Source: Bdellovibrionota bacterium (GTDB lineage: Bacteria; Bdellovibrionota_C; UBA2361; JBGSMV01). Taken from it: a stretch of DNA of 49,683 bases. Below, piece after piece: positions 9,914 to 18,631 of the stretch. The first letter of the stretch is position 1, and every line of letters begins with the position of its first letter. Under the pieces are notes generated by a model. That model did no database searches. It saw nothing but the letters and a program-made list of their open reading frames with translations, and was not told where the DNA came from. Location of the stretch: the NCBI GenBank assembly GCA_044356455.1, contig JBIKWF010000021.1:1-49683 (forward strand), given 5' to 3'. The position numbers and the translations under genes were made by a program.

Positions 9914-10606
9914 ATGCACACTCGCCATAATATTCATCGAGGTCTCGTTGCCCTACATGCTGCAATTGCACCATGCGCTGCTGAACTTGAGAGAACTTTA
10001 CTTTCTCTTTTGGGGACGGACGAGGCGTCTGTTCATGGAACGCTCAGTTTTCCCTCCGTGGATGACCGTAGCCCTCCAATAGTCGATCAAGCGAAAGCTG
10101 CAATATCAAACCGTGCAGAAGGAATTCATCTGAGATATCGGTGCGACGCCATAGTGGTAAAGGGCGCCGCCGCATTGGCTGCCAGTGTCACCGATCGTCC
10201 ATTCGACGCCACCTTTGATGAGATTATCGTAACGCTAGAAGGAGTCCCCAACTGGGCTCGTCATATTCTAAGTCATAAGGACGATGGTTCGATGCTACCA
10301 TCCCCATTTGGGCCTTTGCTGTCCCGGCTACGTGCTGCAGCTTCCCGACAAGCAGCCCTCAATGAGGCGAGGCGAAGAGGAGTCTCCCTGGAGATGTTAG
10401 GCGATGGTACGCCTCCCATTCCACTTCCTGGGCCAGGATTTGAAGGAGGGATCAAAACATTAGAACTCATGCGAGAGTTGGCCGATTCAGTCATCTCTGC
10501 CGATCGTAAGCACATTGATGAATATGAAAAGGGATATCAATTGGCTCGAGCTATTTTTGGTTCTGACTCGCGACTCACTCGGTTGTTATTCGGACTGACT
10601 AGGTGA
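9914..10606 (+). CDS. Hypothetical protein
   Basis: 230-aa ORF; no family recognised. Confidence 0.6.
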   Translation: MHTRHNIHRGLVALHAAIAPCAAELERTLLSLLGTDEASVHGTLSFPSVDDRSPPIVDQAKAAISNRAEGIHLRYRCDAIVVKGAAALAASVTDRPFDATFDEIIVTLEGVPNWARHILSHKDDGSMLPSPFGPLLSRLRAAASRQAALNEARRRGVSLEMLGDGTPPIPLPGPGFEGGIKTLELMRELADSVISADRKHIDEYEKGYQLARAIFGSDSRLTRLLFGLTR

Positions 10607-11051
10607 CGACGAAACGTTACCGTAGCTTACGAGTGGGACAATTGGCGAGCCTTCGCGATTGACGAAGCAGCGTAGCTCATTCGCGGAAGAAAGAATACTC
10701 AACCGCCCAAGGCTTCCTAAGACGGAGGCGAACAAGGTTCCCTAAATGTGCGGGTATCTCGCTCCGCAATAATTACGCCCAGAGGTGCTTCTTTCCATGG
10801 AGGAGTCACCATAAGCGTACTCATAGTGATTGTCGTTCATTCAATGATTCCCACTGTGGGTAGATGCATCCATGACTGTTCTCCTTTAAGCGTTGAGGGC
10901 GTTTAAATGAGAAACAACAGTCATAGGTTTTTTGGTCTTGATGCGGGAATAAACACGGTTGAGGGGAGTACCTTCAGCCGTGTTCGTTCAATAAGTAAGC
11001 AGCCGCCAGCCCGGCACTGCTTACAGTCGCATCTGGGCTTAGGGCAGGTGG

Positions 11052-11240
11052 ATGAAAGATTCAGATCGTCGGCTGTATAGAGGCGTCATTTTTGTCACGG
11101 TCTTTTATGGGGGCTTTCTTCCTCCCATGGTCATCACGGGGGAGAGAATTGAGGCGAAGGGTCTCTGTATCCTTCTTTGCATCATTGCCTCGCTGTTCCC
11201 GGCGTTCTGGCTGGCAGGAAGGGTGGTGGCAAAAAAATAG
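11052..11240 (+). CDS. Small two-TM membrane protein
   Basis: 62 aa, two hydrophobic segments, basic C-terminus; purine-rich RBS-like stretch; strong hairpin directly downstream. Confidence 0.5.
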   Translation: MKDSDRRLYRGVIFVTVFYGGFLPPMVITGERIEAKGLCILLCIIASLFPAFWLAGRVVAKK

Positions 11241-11250
11241 CAACAGGTTT

Positions 11251-11290
11251 GGGGATGGAAGGCTCGAGACGAAAGTCGCCTTCCATCCCC
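11251..11290 (+). terminator. Strong stem-loop (13-bp stem plus GAC-GAAA-GTC cap)
   Basis: ggggatggaaggc / gccttccatcccc; no U-tract, so terminator function is uncertain. Confidence 0.4.
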
Positions 11291-11561
11291 GATAGGAGGT
11301 AGAGACTGTTGTTTCTCAATTTTTACTTTCCCCCGCTGTGCAAAGTGGCGCTATTGTTTAGTGGATGGATGTTTAAGGGTATCGAACGGTAACTTTACCA
11401 GGAGAGCTTACAGGTGGAGGTGTAAAAATCTATTCTACGAGACATACCCCCTAGTAGATTCTCGTATAACCCTTTCAGCTCTATCTATTAGTGAGACTCC
11501 GCAGTAACCAAATAGTCCCACAGATATTTTAGAATCTGGCCCGATACCTCAAGATGAACCT

Positions 11562-11577
11562 TGGCCTTTGTCTTGCA
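11562..11577 (+). promoter_or_regulatory. Sigma-54 promoter of Flp-like pilin 1
   Basis: TGGC-CTTTGTC-TTGCA; conserved at the same offset upstream of the paralog. Confidence 0.75.
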
Positions 11578-11588
11578 TAGTAGCAAGT

Positions 11589-11936
11589 ATGGCAAGAGCT
11601 ATTGCTAAACATAATCGTCGAAGAGCAGGGTCCGCAGGCGCCTCTACTACCGAGTATATCCTGCTCCTGGCCGGCAGCATGTTGTTCGTTACAGCTGGCC
11701 TCTCTCTTTTTCAGCAAACTATAGTCGAGAAAACTGTTGAAGCCTCAATTCAACTTGAGCTAGCGGAGGTTGAAGACGGAGGAGGCACTTACGGAGTACG
11801 CAGATGTACTGCCATTCTTGCTGGCCTAATAAATCCTAGAAATGAGGAAGAGCTTACCTTCTGTTTGGGAGGAACTCGCGCCCCTGCCGGCACCGGGAAT
11901 GAATTGAACCCAAATATCCGCAATCCGACTCGATAA
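11589..11936 (+). CDS. Flp/type IVb-like pilin with C-terminal extension (copy 1)
   Basis: Basic leader then G|ASTTEYILLL (Gly-1, Glu+5, Tyr+6 Flp motif) and hydrophobic helix; start set at ATG 11589 by alignment with the paralog. Confidence 0.8.
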   Translation: MARAIAKHNRRRAGSAGASTTEYILLLAGSMLFVTAGLSLFQQTIVEKTVEASIQLELAEVEDGGGTYGVRRCTAILAGLINPRNEEELTFCLGGTRAPAGTGNELNPNIRNPTR

Positions 11937-11941
11937 TAGAT

Positions 11942-12056
11942 CTAGCCGTCATATCTCACGGGATCCCTTCGGGTCCGAGAGATTTCCGTTTAAAATCGGC
12001 CATCCGTGCCGATTTTAAACATCGGCCCCTCGGGACCCGCGAGATATGAATACTAG
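11942..12056. mobile_element. MITE family C flanked by CTAG duplications
   Basis: ctag-ccgtcatatctcacggg ... cccgcgagatatgaata-ctag; internal perfect 13-bp stem gtttaaaatcggc/gccgattttaaac; related sequence at 32041-32100 and 39776-39789. Confidence 0.7.
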
Positions 12057-12163
12057 CAAATTCTCCTATAGCCCTTCCCGTTAGATCCATTAGCGAAACC
12101 CCGCAGTTACTAATTGGCCCCCGACATGCTTTCAAATATGCGCCGATACCAAGAAAACAATCT

Positions 12164-12179
12164 TGGCCCTGGATTTGCA
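12164..12179 (+). promoter_or_regulatory. Sigma-54 promoter of Flp-like pilin 2
   Basis: TGGC-CCTGGAT-TTGCA. Confidence 0.75.
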
Positions 12180-12190
12180 TACTAGCGGGT

Positions 12191-12538
12191 ATGGCAAGAG
12201 TGATTTCGAAACTTAATCGTCAAAGAGCAGGGTCCGCAGGCGCCTCGACTACCGAGTATATCCTGCTCCTGGCAGGCTGCATGCTGCTCGTCACGACTGG
12301 CCTCTCACTTTTTCAACAGACCTTAGCTCAGAAAACTGTTGAAGCCGCTTATCAACTTGAGTTAGCGGGAGTCGAAGACGGAGGAGGCACTTACAGCATC
12401 GTAAGGTGTGAAGCTATCGCGCGCGGCATTATTACTCCGAGAAATGAGGAGGAACGAGTTGCGTGCATAAATGGCGCGCGCCGAGCTGTCGGTTCTGGCA
12501 ACGAGCAGAACCACAGTATTCGCAATCAGATTCCGTAG
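12191..12538 (+). CDS. Flp/type IVb-like pilin with C-terminal extension (copy 2)
   Basis: Same G|ASTTEYILLLAG motif; close paralog of 11589..11936. Confidence 0.8.
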   Translation: MARVISKLNRQRAGSAGASTTEYILLLAGCMLLVTTGLSLFQQTLAQKTVEAAYQLELAGVEDGGGTYSIVRCEAIARGIITPRNEEERVACINGARRAVGSGNEQNHSIRNQIP

Positions 12539-12612
12539 GCTCAGAGTATCTGAATTCTCGTAGCTCCAACCTGTAATCCGAACACCTTACTTATCCTAGA
12601 GAACCTCTGGCC

Positions 12613-13167
12613 CTACTCTCTTACTAGTTGCTCTTTCATTAGGCTAAGATCCGATTCCTCAAACCATGCCTCCGGGCCTGCGGCGCTTCTAACCAATGCC
12701 CATCCTGGGGCACGCGCAACAATGAACCCGGTTTCTCCAGGAGACCTGATTATGATCGGTGAAGCGCTCTGGTTTGCACTAGTTCTGCCAAGCGCTCTGC
12801 GTGTTATTGTCACCTGTTCACGAGGCCCCCGCGTTTCTAGCGGAGGTGAGGCAGGGCAATTCTGGACTATAGCAGACTCGGGTTGCTCCTTGAGGGTAGC
12901 TTGCTTGACCCACGCCGGCCGGCCGGAAACCAACCTGACAAGCGCCCAGTCCCGGGTTCTGGTCAATACAACCGTGGTCGCTCCGGATTCCACCATTTCG
13001 ACCACCGGTGCATTCTCTAAAGGCGCCTTGTGAGCAGCCGTATCTTTTATGACCGTCGCACTAACAAGACCCGGTCTGCAGCGCAGAGCCTGACCCTGGA
13101 GAGGACTCCCCAAGAAGCACGTCAGAATTACCAGTCCGACTAAAGTTCTAGCTCTACGTTTACTCAT
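12613..13167 (-). CDS. Secreted protein with two bacterial SH3-like domains
   Basis: Signal peptide; two repeats of the type G..VVL.R..DWALVR...G..AWV and GFIVARAPGWALVRS..G.EAWF. Confidence 0.7.
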   Translation of the reverse strand: MSKRRARTLVGLVILTCFLGSPLQGQALRCRPGLVSATVIKDTAAHKAPLENAPVVEMVESGATTVVLTRTRDWALVRLVSGRPAWVKQATLKEQPESAIVQNCPASPPLETRGPREQVTITRRALGRTSANQSASPIIIRSPGETGFIVARAPGWALVRSAAGPEAWFEESDLSLMKEQLVRE

Positions 13168-13214
13168 ACTTGGTAATATCAAAAGAAGCACTTTTCAAAC
13201 AATCAATGTGCGAA

Positions 13215-13982
13215 CTAATGCACAGATTCGCCGGCGACACTACGCGGGCCTAGAGAGTTCCGGCAACTGAGCTCGGCAGCCAACCAACATTCTTCTGAAA
13301 CGGTCTCCCACAATGATTCCGCCTCCACGCAAAAAGGTGTTGGGGGCTGAGCCCTACAGGTACTCAGCGCCTCTCTTTCACAATCTATCGCCGCATGCCG
13401 GGCTTCTCGCATTCTGGTTCGAGCCTCTTCATAGCGCTGGTACTCAATCTCGCAGTCACCATTCACCTTGGCACCATTTTCCTGCGCTTTTACACAATTT
13501 TCATACTCCTCTCCCCTTCTTAACTCTTCTTCTTCGCGCGCCGCCAACTCGTCGTTCTCTTGCCTGCAAGTTTCCTCACAACACCTCTGCACCGCGTTCT
13601 CGCAATAACGAGCTTGCTCCCACAACATTTTGCATCCAGGGGGGAGATGGCGCTCGATAAACCGTTCGTCTCTGCAGTACCAGTCCTCCACTATGTCAGT
13701 TGCCAGCAATGCAACAATTTCAGACGACAGAGCGCGGGTACCTCCGTTACCTGCGATGACTGGAGAGAGTGTTCCCTCCGCCTGCCTAAGTTTTTTCCCT
13801 CCGGAGTTATCTTTATCTTGATCAGGATTTACCGGATCGATGGTGGTTGGCTCAACATCAGAATCGGATGCGAATCCATTGGTGCTGATTCGGGCGGTAG
13901 TAATATCTTCATTCACCGCACTTGCGGTAGCTGCAAAGGACAAGGTGAAGAGAGCGACTGCGACGCCGAAGCATTTTTTCAT
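13215..13982 (-). CDS. Secreted Cys-rich helical protein
   Basis: Signal peptide MKKCFG...ASA; many Cys in an acidic helical region; GAGG RBS. Confidence 0.75.
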   Translation of the reverse strand: MKKCFGVAVALFTLSFAATASAVNEDITTARISTNGFASDSDVEPTTIDPVNPDQDKDNSGGKKLRQAEGTLSPVIAGNGGTRALSSEIVALLATDIVEDWYCRDERFIERHLPPGCKMLWEQARYCENAVQRCCEETCRQENDELAAREEEELRRGEEYENCVKAQENGAKVNGDCEIEYQRYEEARTRMREARHAAIDCEREALSTCRAQPPTPFCVEAESLWETVSEECWLAAELSCRNSLGPRSVAGESVH

Positions 13983-14279
13983 ACGGAAACCTCAATCTAA
14001 CAACCTATGATGAAAACCAGCCCCTGGTACGGCCCGTCAGACGTTCCGTCTGCATGACCTTGCTATCCACTTATCAACCGCTACCCGCCGCATGCTTCAG
14101 AAAATGATCGAATTTTGACATTTTATTTTTGAGGCTGCCAACTCATTGTTAATACATGATTTTTCGTCCGCTGACGCGGCCTACACAGTTCCACATGGCG
14201 CAGGCAATCGGATGAAAGATGGGGGAACTGCAACTTTTTAGAATTAGTTCCCATACTCGAAACTAGTTCTAGTCTCAGC

Positions 14280-14295
14280 TGGCATATCTATTGCT
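14280..14295 (+). promoter_or_regulatory. Sigma-54 promoter candidate
   Basis: TGGC-ATATCTA-TTGCT upstream of 14426. Confidence 0.55.
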
Positions 14296-14425
14296 GACCA
14301 CCACGCTGGGTTGTGTGTGAAGCGCCTTAAAAGCGGGCAAGTATAGAGCTGCGAAGTCTTTGGAGGACTTCCCTCATGGGTTTCTTTCTGAAATCCCTGT
14401 ACTGCCGCGCGATGAGGAGTAACCC

Positions 14426-15094
14426 ATGGCTTGTCCTGTTTGTAACGCTCACACTCGTTCGTATCTTCAGCTCTGCGATCCGTGCATTGAGCGGAAACAA
14501 CTGCAGCGTCATTCCCATCTTCACCAGACTAAAGAGCAACTAAGGCGCGCTTCAGGGGCTGACTACGTCCATAGTCCCATGCGAACTGCTAGTATCTATA
14601 TTCTGGGCACCACGGTCGTGCTTTGTCTTCTTACAGCTTTCTTTCTTGCAACTGGACCGGTGCGCTCAGAGGGCCCCGCTGCTGCGGGGGCCTTTGCCCT
14701 TACTGCCGCCTTGACCCTGATCTACTTTTGTACCTATGGCCTTTTCTGGACCAGGTTGATTGTACTCGAACCACTATGGGCGATGGGGTGCTTCATAATG
14801 CCATGCCTTGTCTGGAAATATGTGAAGCTACAGTGGCACGAGTCACAAGTAAGGATTCTTAGTATAATCCACTTTGGATCGATGCCTCTTATTCTTTTAA
14901 GTTTTGCGGTGCTCGCGAAGGCGACTGACCTTTCGTACCTTGAGACCGCAGCATTGTTCTCCTCTTATGTGCATGGAGAAGAAATAAACATTACCGAATA
15001 CAAGAATCACTCCGGAGACTACTTTGTTGAGGGAAAAGAACAATATCAGTATTCGGAGCTTGAAACCTCGGTCGACGAGGAGCTGGCGTATTAA
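14426..15094 (+). CDS. Membrane protein with N-terminal zinc-ribbon-like motif
   Basis: CPVC...CDPC at the N-terminus, about 4 TM segments; GAGGAG RBS. Confidence 0.7.
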   Translation: MACPVCNAHTRSYLQLCDPCIERKQLQRHSHLHQTKEQLRRASGADYVHSPMRTASIYILGTTVVLCLLTAFFLATGPVRSEGPAAAGAFALTAALTLIYFCTYGLFWTRLIVLEPLWAMGCFIMPCLVWKYVKLQWHESQVRILSIIHFGSMPLILLSFAVLAKATDLSYLETAALFSSYVHGEEINITEYKNHSGDYFVEGKEQYQYSELETSVDEELAY

Positions 15095-15224
15095 GGTAAT
15101 TCTTTCCATTTTTGCAGGATGCGATTTGGAATGGATGAAATGATCTGAGGCAGTTTTGGTCATGCAGCAGATAGTGTTTTAGGTGTGGTGGTAAGTTCCG
15201 CGCAATTCCTTAGGGAACTTGCGT

Positions 15225-18119
15225 ATGAAGATTCGAGAAGGTTTTGCTCTCTGTTCTCTTTTGGTTTTTGGGCTCGCGTTCGCTAGAGTTGATTTTGCGA
15301 AGGCCCAAACTCAGTCAACGACTCCTGTGCGCGCCGCCGCACTTGGAGCGCCTCGTCTTCCTATGGGAGGGCAGGAGATGGCCCAGCAACCGACGCTGTC
15401 CGAATCTACTACGCCCCTCCCTACTTCGGAGGCCCCAATCTTTGAACGCTCCCTGCTCGCACTCGCCCAGTCTCTGCAGCGCTCTCGTCACTTACAGGGG
15501 ATGACGCTTCGAACTACTCAAGACTTCTGGGAGCACGTCGGAGCCGCCAGACTTGCGGACGCTCTTCGGCGCGCCTCTGGTGAGACTGAGACAGGCGGCG
15601 CCTTAATTGCAGCGGGGCACTTTATCTCCACGGCGCAGAAGCTTGAGCCAAAGGCTGTGGGCACCGCTGTGCATCTTGCGGTCCCGGCACTTGGCGTGAG
15701 CATTCCCGTAGCCAACTTTCTAGCAGCCGAGCCGTGCCGGTCACCATCTTTAAGCACCGACGCCGTTCGTGATGGCGAACTCGCTAGTCAGTATATCACA
15801 TGCCTATTCGAGAACGGCGTACGTCGCTTAGTCGCCGGTCAGTCGATTCATCAGAAGATGGCGCTCACTCATCTTTCCATTCCTCACGACACCATACAGC
15901 GGGAGCTTGAAGTAGTAGCTGCTGAGCTCGCTGCACGGCGCATCATCGACCGGTTTGCTCTTGCTCTCGTAGAGGGGAGCGGGAAAGTGTGGGCACGCGG
16001 CGCATCACGCGACGCTCCTTTCAACTTGCGTTTAGATTCCGCCTCTGTTGAGACCGCACAATCCGCCGACGAGCTTGCAGGCGAGCGCGTGCTTCAAACT
16101 AGCAGCCTCTTGGCCACAGGGTACATTCTCTATAATAAGTCACTTGGGCTCGAAGGTCATTTTGTTAGTCGCGGGTTCCTCGAGCATGCTCTTGCAGCCG
16201 GAACGGGCGCCGCCTCAGGTGCAGAGCGGGAGGAGGTTCTAGCCGCCGCCTTCAGTCTTCCGTCGTCCAGGGATAGCGCCTCGGAGTGTGAAGTTGATAA
16301 TCGTCGGTATGACACCCCGGGGCTCATTACGCCACGCAATAACCATATTGCGGTGTTAAGGGGGCCGGACACGCAGAGATTCTTTAGTAAAAGGACCAGC
16401 CTCTCCGACTATCAGCTTAGCTTGGCCCAGGAACTCGAGTCGACAGGATACCGAGTCTCCTACCTTGATCTGGACCGGGAGAATGGAGACGTTGGGACCA
16501 CAAATCTATCCGAAGCATACTGTGCATTAAAGAACGCCCACTCACTAATGATTATAAACCACGGTTCCCCTGACGGCTCATCAGTGATTGACCTCTCTTT
16601 TGGAGAGAGCAGACGCCTCTGCTGTGAGCGGCTTAAACAACATGCTAAAGAGTTAGGAATTGAGCTTCCTTCAAACTTCTGCTTGCGTCCAGGAGTGCCT
16701 CCTACAGAGGTTAATGAGCCAAGTGACGAGCCCTTTGTTTGGGATAGTCCTCCGCGGCGACGCCTTCTTTCATCCTTCGGTGACGGCGTGCGATGTGGGA
16801 TTCAGCTCGATGGTGAGGCTCTCTTTCGATACTTGGGAAATAAGGCGGTAGTATTCAGCGAGCAGTGCTTTGGAGGTCGGCTTTCGCAGGGACGGTTAGG
16901 ACACTTAGCTGAGCAAGCGGTTGCTGATCTATTTGTTCGAAGCAACGATAGCAACTCTACCTATGCGGGATCTTGTGCATATCAAACCTTAGCAAAAGAC
17001 CTCTCCGGCTCATCTCACTACTGTGAAGATGGGGAGGGAAAGATTATCGAGCAGTTTGACGGAACTAATTGCACCCCAATGTCATCGCTAATGAGAATGT
17101 CTCCATCTGTGCAGGGTAGCGTTCTCATACGAGGAGCCTTCGGGACCGATGTGATAACATATGCCGACCGTGAGGAGCAGAATGATGGCTCGATGCAACT
17201 CAATTGTGACCGGTACTACTCCATGGATCCAGATAATCCAGTCGAATCTCGTAGGGAGATTTCAAATCTTGATAATAACGGCTGGCGCAAACTCGCCTCA
17301 GCCCAGCTCGGTGGTAACCCCGAAGTAGAGGTCACCTTTAATCCGCGGGTTGCCGATGTGCGCTTTGATGAGATGAATCGAAAGATGCAGGTGGTCTTCG
17401 ACACTGCGGTAGACCCAGAGTCTATCGGAGTCTCTTTCGAGGCGGTGCAGTGTCCGACCTTGACGAGTGCGTCTCCCGAAGTGCTTAGTGGCGGAGGGGA
17501 TGCGGTACTGAGATTCGCTGAAAGGGTAGAGTTCTCCCTGTCCCAAGGACTGCCGCTTGCCGGTAAGGACTTCTGGGTCGATGAGCGCGGAGAGCTCACT
17601 AACTTAGCCGCCGATGGCTGGCCGAATACGCAGCACAATTGGCCCTCTTTTGTACGCATAAGAATCGCCGCCCGTGCACCTAATGGAGTTGCATTAGTTG
17701 GCAACTCCCAGCAGGACAAGCCATGGCTGTTTCCTGGGCTCCCTCTCAGCAACGCGCCTGCCTGGTCGGTTTTCAACGGTGCTATCAAGAAAGGCGATGA
17801 CCTCTATTTCGAGGTGAGAATCCCCTGTAAACCGCCCGTCGTGTGTAACGCTGTGAACTACGATGGCTCAACCTGCCAGCAGCCTAACGGCGTCACCTGT
17901 AGCGGAGTCAATGCTCCACGCCTTTGCACCAACGGAGAGTCGATTATCTGGGCAACCTGTGAGACTCCTCTGGACCAGGACCTTGCGCCCCCAGAGCAGT
18001 GCCTTATAGGGACACCCACGTTTGAGTCTCAGCATCGATTTAAGAGCTGGATAACCCAGATGACCTCATACAGCGGAAGCCCAGTTCAGCAATGCATTGC
18101 GGACTGCGCTATTGGATGA
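15225..18119 (+). CDS. Large secreted protein with putative clan CD (caspase/gingipain-fold) peptidase domain
   Basis: Signal peptide (AKA-Q); LMIINHG and VVFSEQCFGG motifs about 100 aa apart; Cys-rich C-terminus. Confidence 0.65.
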   Translation: MKIREGFALCSLLVFGLAFARVDFAKAQTQSTTPVRAAALGAPRLPMGGQEMAQQPTLSESTTPLPTSEAPIFERSLLALAQSLQRSRHLQGMTLRTTQDFWEHVGAARLADALRRASGETETGGALIAAGHFISTAQKLEPKAVGTAVHLAVPALGVSIPVANFLAAEPCRSPSLSTDAVRDGELASQYITCLFENGVRRLVAGQSIHQKMALTHLSIPHDTIQRELEVVAAELAARRIIDRFALALVEGSGKVWARGASRDAPFNLRLDSASVETAQSADELAGERVLQTSSLLATGYILYNKSLGLEGHFVSRGFLEHALAAGTGAASGAEREEVLAAAFSLPSSRDSASECEVDNRRYDTPGLITPRNNHIAVLRGPDTQRFFSKRTSLSDYQLSLAQELESTGYRVSYLDLDRENGDVGTTNLSEAYCALKNAHSLMIINHGSPDGSSVIDLSFGESRRLCCERLKQHAKELGIELPSNFCLRPGVPPTEVNEPSDEPFVWDSPPRRRLLSSFGDGVRCGIQLDGEALFRYLGNKAVVFSEQCFGGRLSQGRLGHLAEQAVADLFVRSNDSNSTYAGSCAYQTLAKDLSGSSHYCEDGEGKIIEQFDGTNCTPMSSLMRMSPSVQGSVLIRGAFGTDVITYADREEQNDGSMQLNCDRYYSMDPDNPVESRREISNLDNNGWRKLASAQLGGNPEVEVTFNPRVADVRFDEMNRKMQVVFDTAVDPESIGVSFEAVQCPTLTSASPEVLSGGGDAVLRFAERVEFSLSQGLPLAGKDFWVDERGELTNLAADGWPNTQHNWPSFVRIRIAARAPNGVALVGNSQQDKPWLFPGLPLSNAPAWSVFNGAIKKGDDLYFEVRIPCKPPVVCNAVNYDGSTCQQPNGVTCSGVNAPRLCTNGESIIWATCETPLDQDLAPPEQCLIGTPTFESQHRFKSWITQMTSYSGSPVQQCIADCAIG

Positions 18120-18129
18120 CACATGCGCT

Positions 18130-18162
18130 GCGCCGGCTTGCGATCGTCAAGCGAGCCGGCGC
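18130..18162 (+). terminator. Stem-loop after 15225..18119
   Basis: gcgccggcttgc / gcgagccggcgc 12-bp stem with one G-U pair. Confidence 0.45.
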
Positions 18163-18216
18163 GCTTGCGAGGCTTGGGGCACAAGACACTATCCATGCTC
18201 TGCGCCTCGTATCAAG

Positions 18217-18333
18217 CTAGGAGTGTGTCCCGTAGAAACATAAATCTTCATTTTGGACACAATCCGTAGGTAGGCTGTCCCGCTGCCACCACAACATGTA
18301 GTGGTAGAAATTTTCTACGGGACAGACTCCTAG
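18217..18333. mobile_element. MITE family B with CTAG target duplication
   Basis: ctaggagtgtgtcccgtagaaa / tttctacgggacagactcctag (21/22 inverted match); relatives at 23678-23780, 32025-32040 and 39805-39869. Confidence 0.8.
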
Positions 18334-18448
18334 GGAGCCTCTGAAAAAGCTTTGATTTCCCCTTCGCGTCATCTGCGGCCGCGGCGGAGCTTTGGCGGAG
18401 CCGGGGACGCGAAGAGCACGAGGGGGGACTTTTTCAGAGGCTCCCTAG
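18330..18448. mobile_element. MITE family A with CTAG target duplication
   Basis: Perfect 20-bp inverted repeat ctagggagcctctgaaaaag / ctttttcagaggctccctag; shares CTAG 18330-18333 with the family B copy. Confidence 0.85.
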
Positions 18449-18603
18449 TCGTTGCGGTAAGATTTATCTAATTTAGAGAATGGCGCGGACTTCTGCATTC
18501 TCCCACTCTCGCATCGCTCAGTACCCGTTACTCAAATCACTCACGAGCTTCTGCACACTGCTCAAGGGAACCAAACGAGCGGGCATAAGCGTTGTACACG
18601 ATC

Positions 18604-18619
18604 TGGCATCACACTTGCT
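18604..18619 (+). promoter_or_regulatory. Sigma-54 promoter
   Basis: TGGC-ATCACAC-TTGCT; ATG lies 14 nt after the -12 C. Confidence 0.7.
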
Positions 18620-18631
18620 TTCATTGATGGC

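Larger units (their letters stand above)
10908..11318. repeat. Segment bounded by perfect 15-bp inverted repeats
   Basis: tgagaaacaacagtc (10908-10922) and gactgttgtttctca (11304-11318). Confidence 0.6.

Noticed and set aside
9447..12600. Integron cassette array (small orphan genes separated by hairpins)
   Set aside because: Hairpins lack attC RYYYAAC/GTTRRRY ends, match MITE families instead, and no integrase is present.
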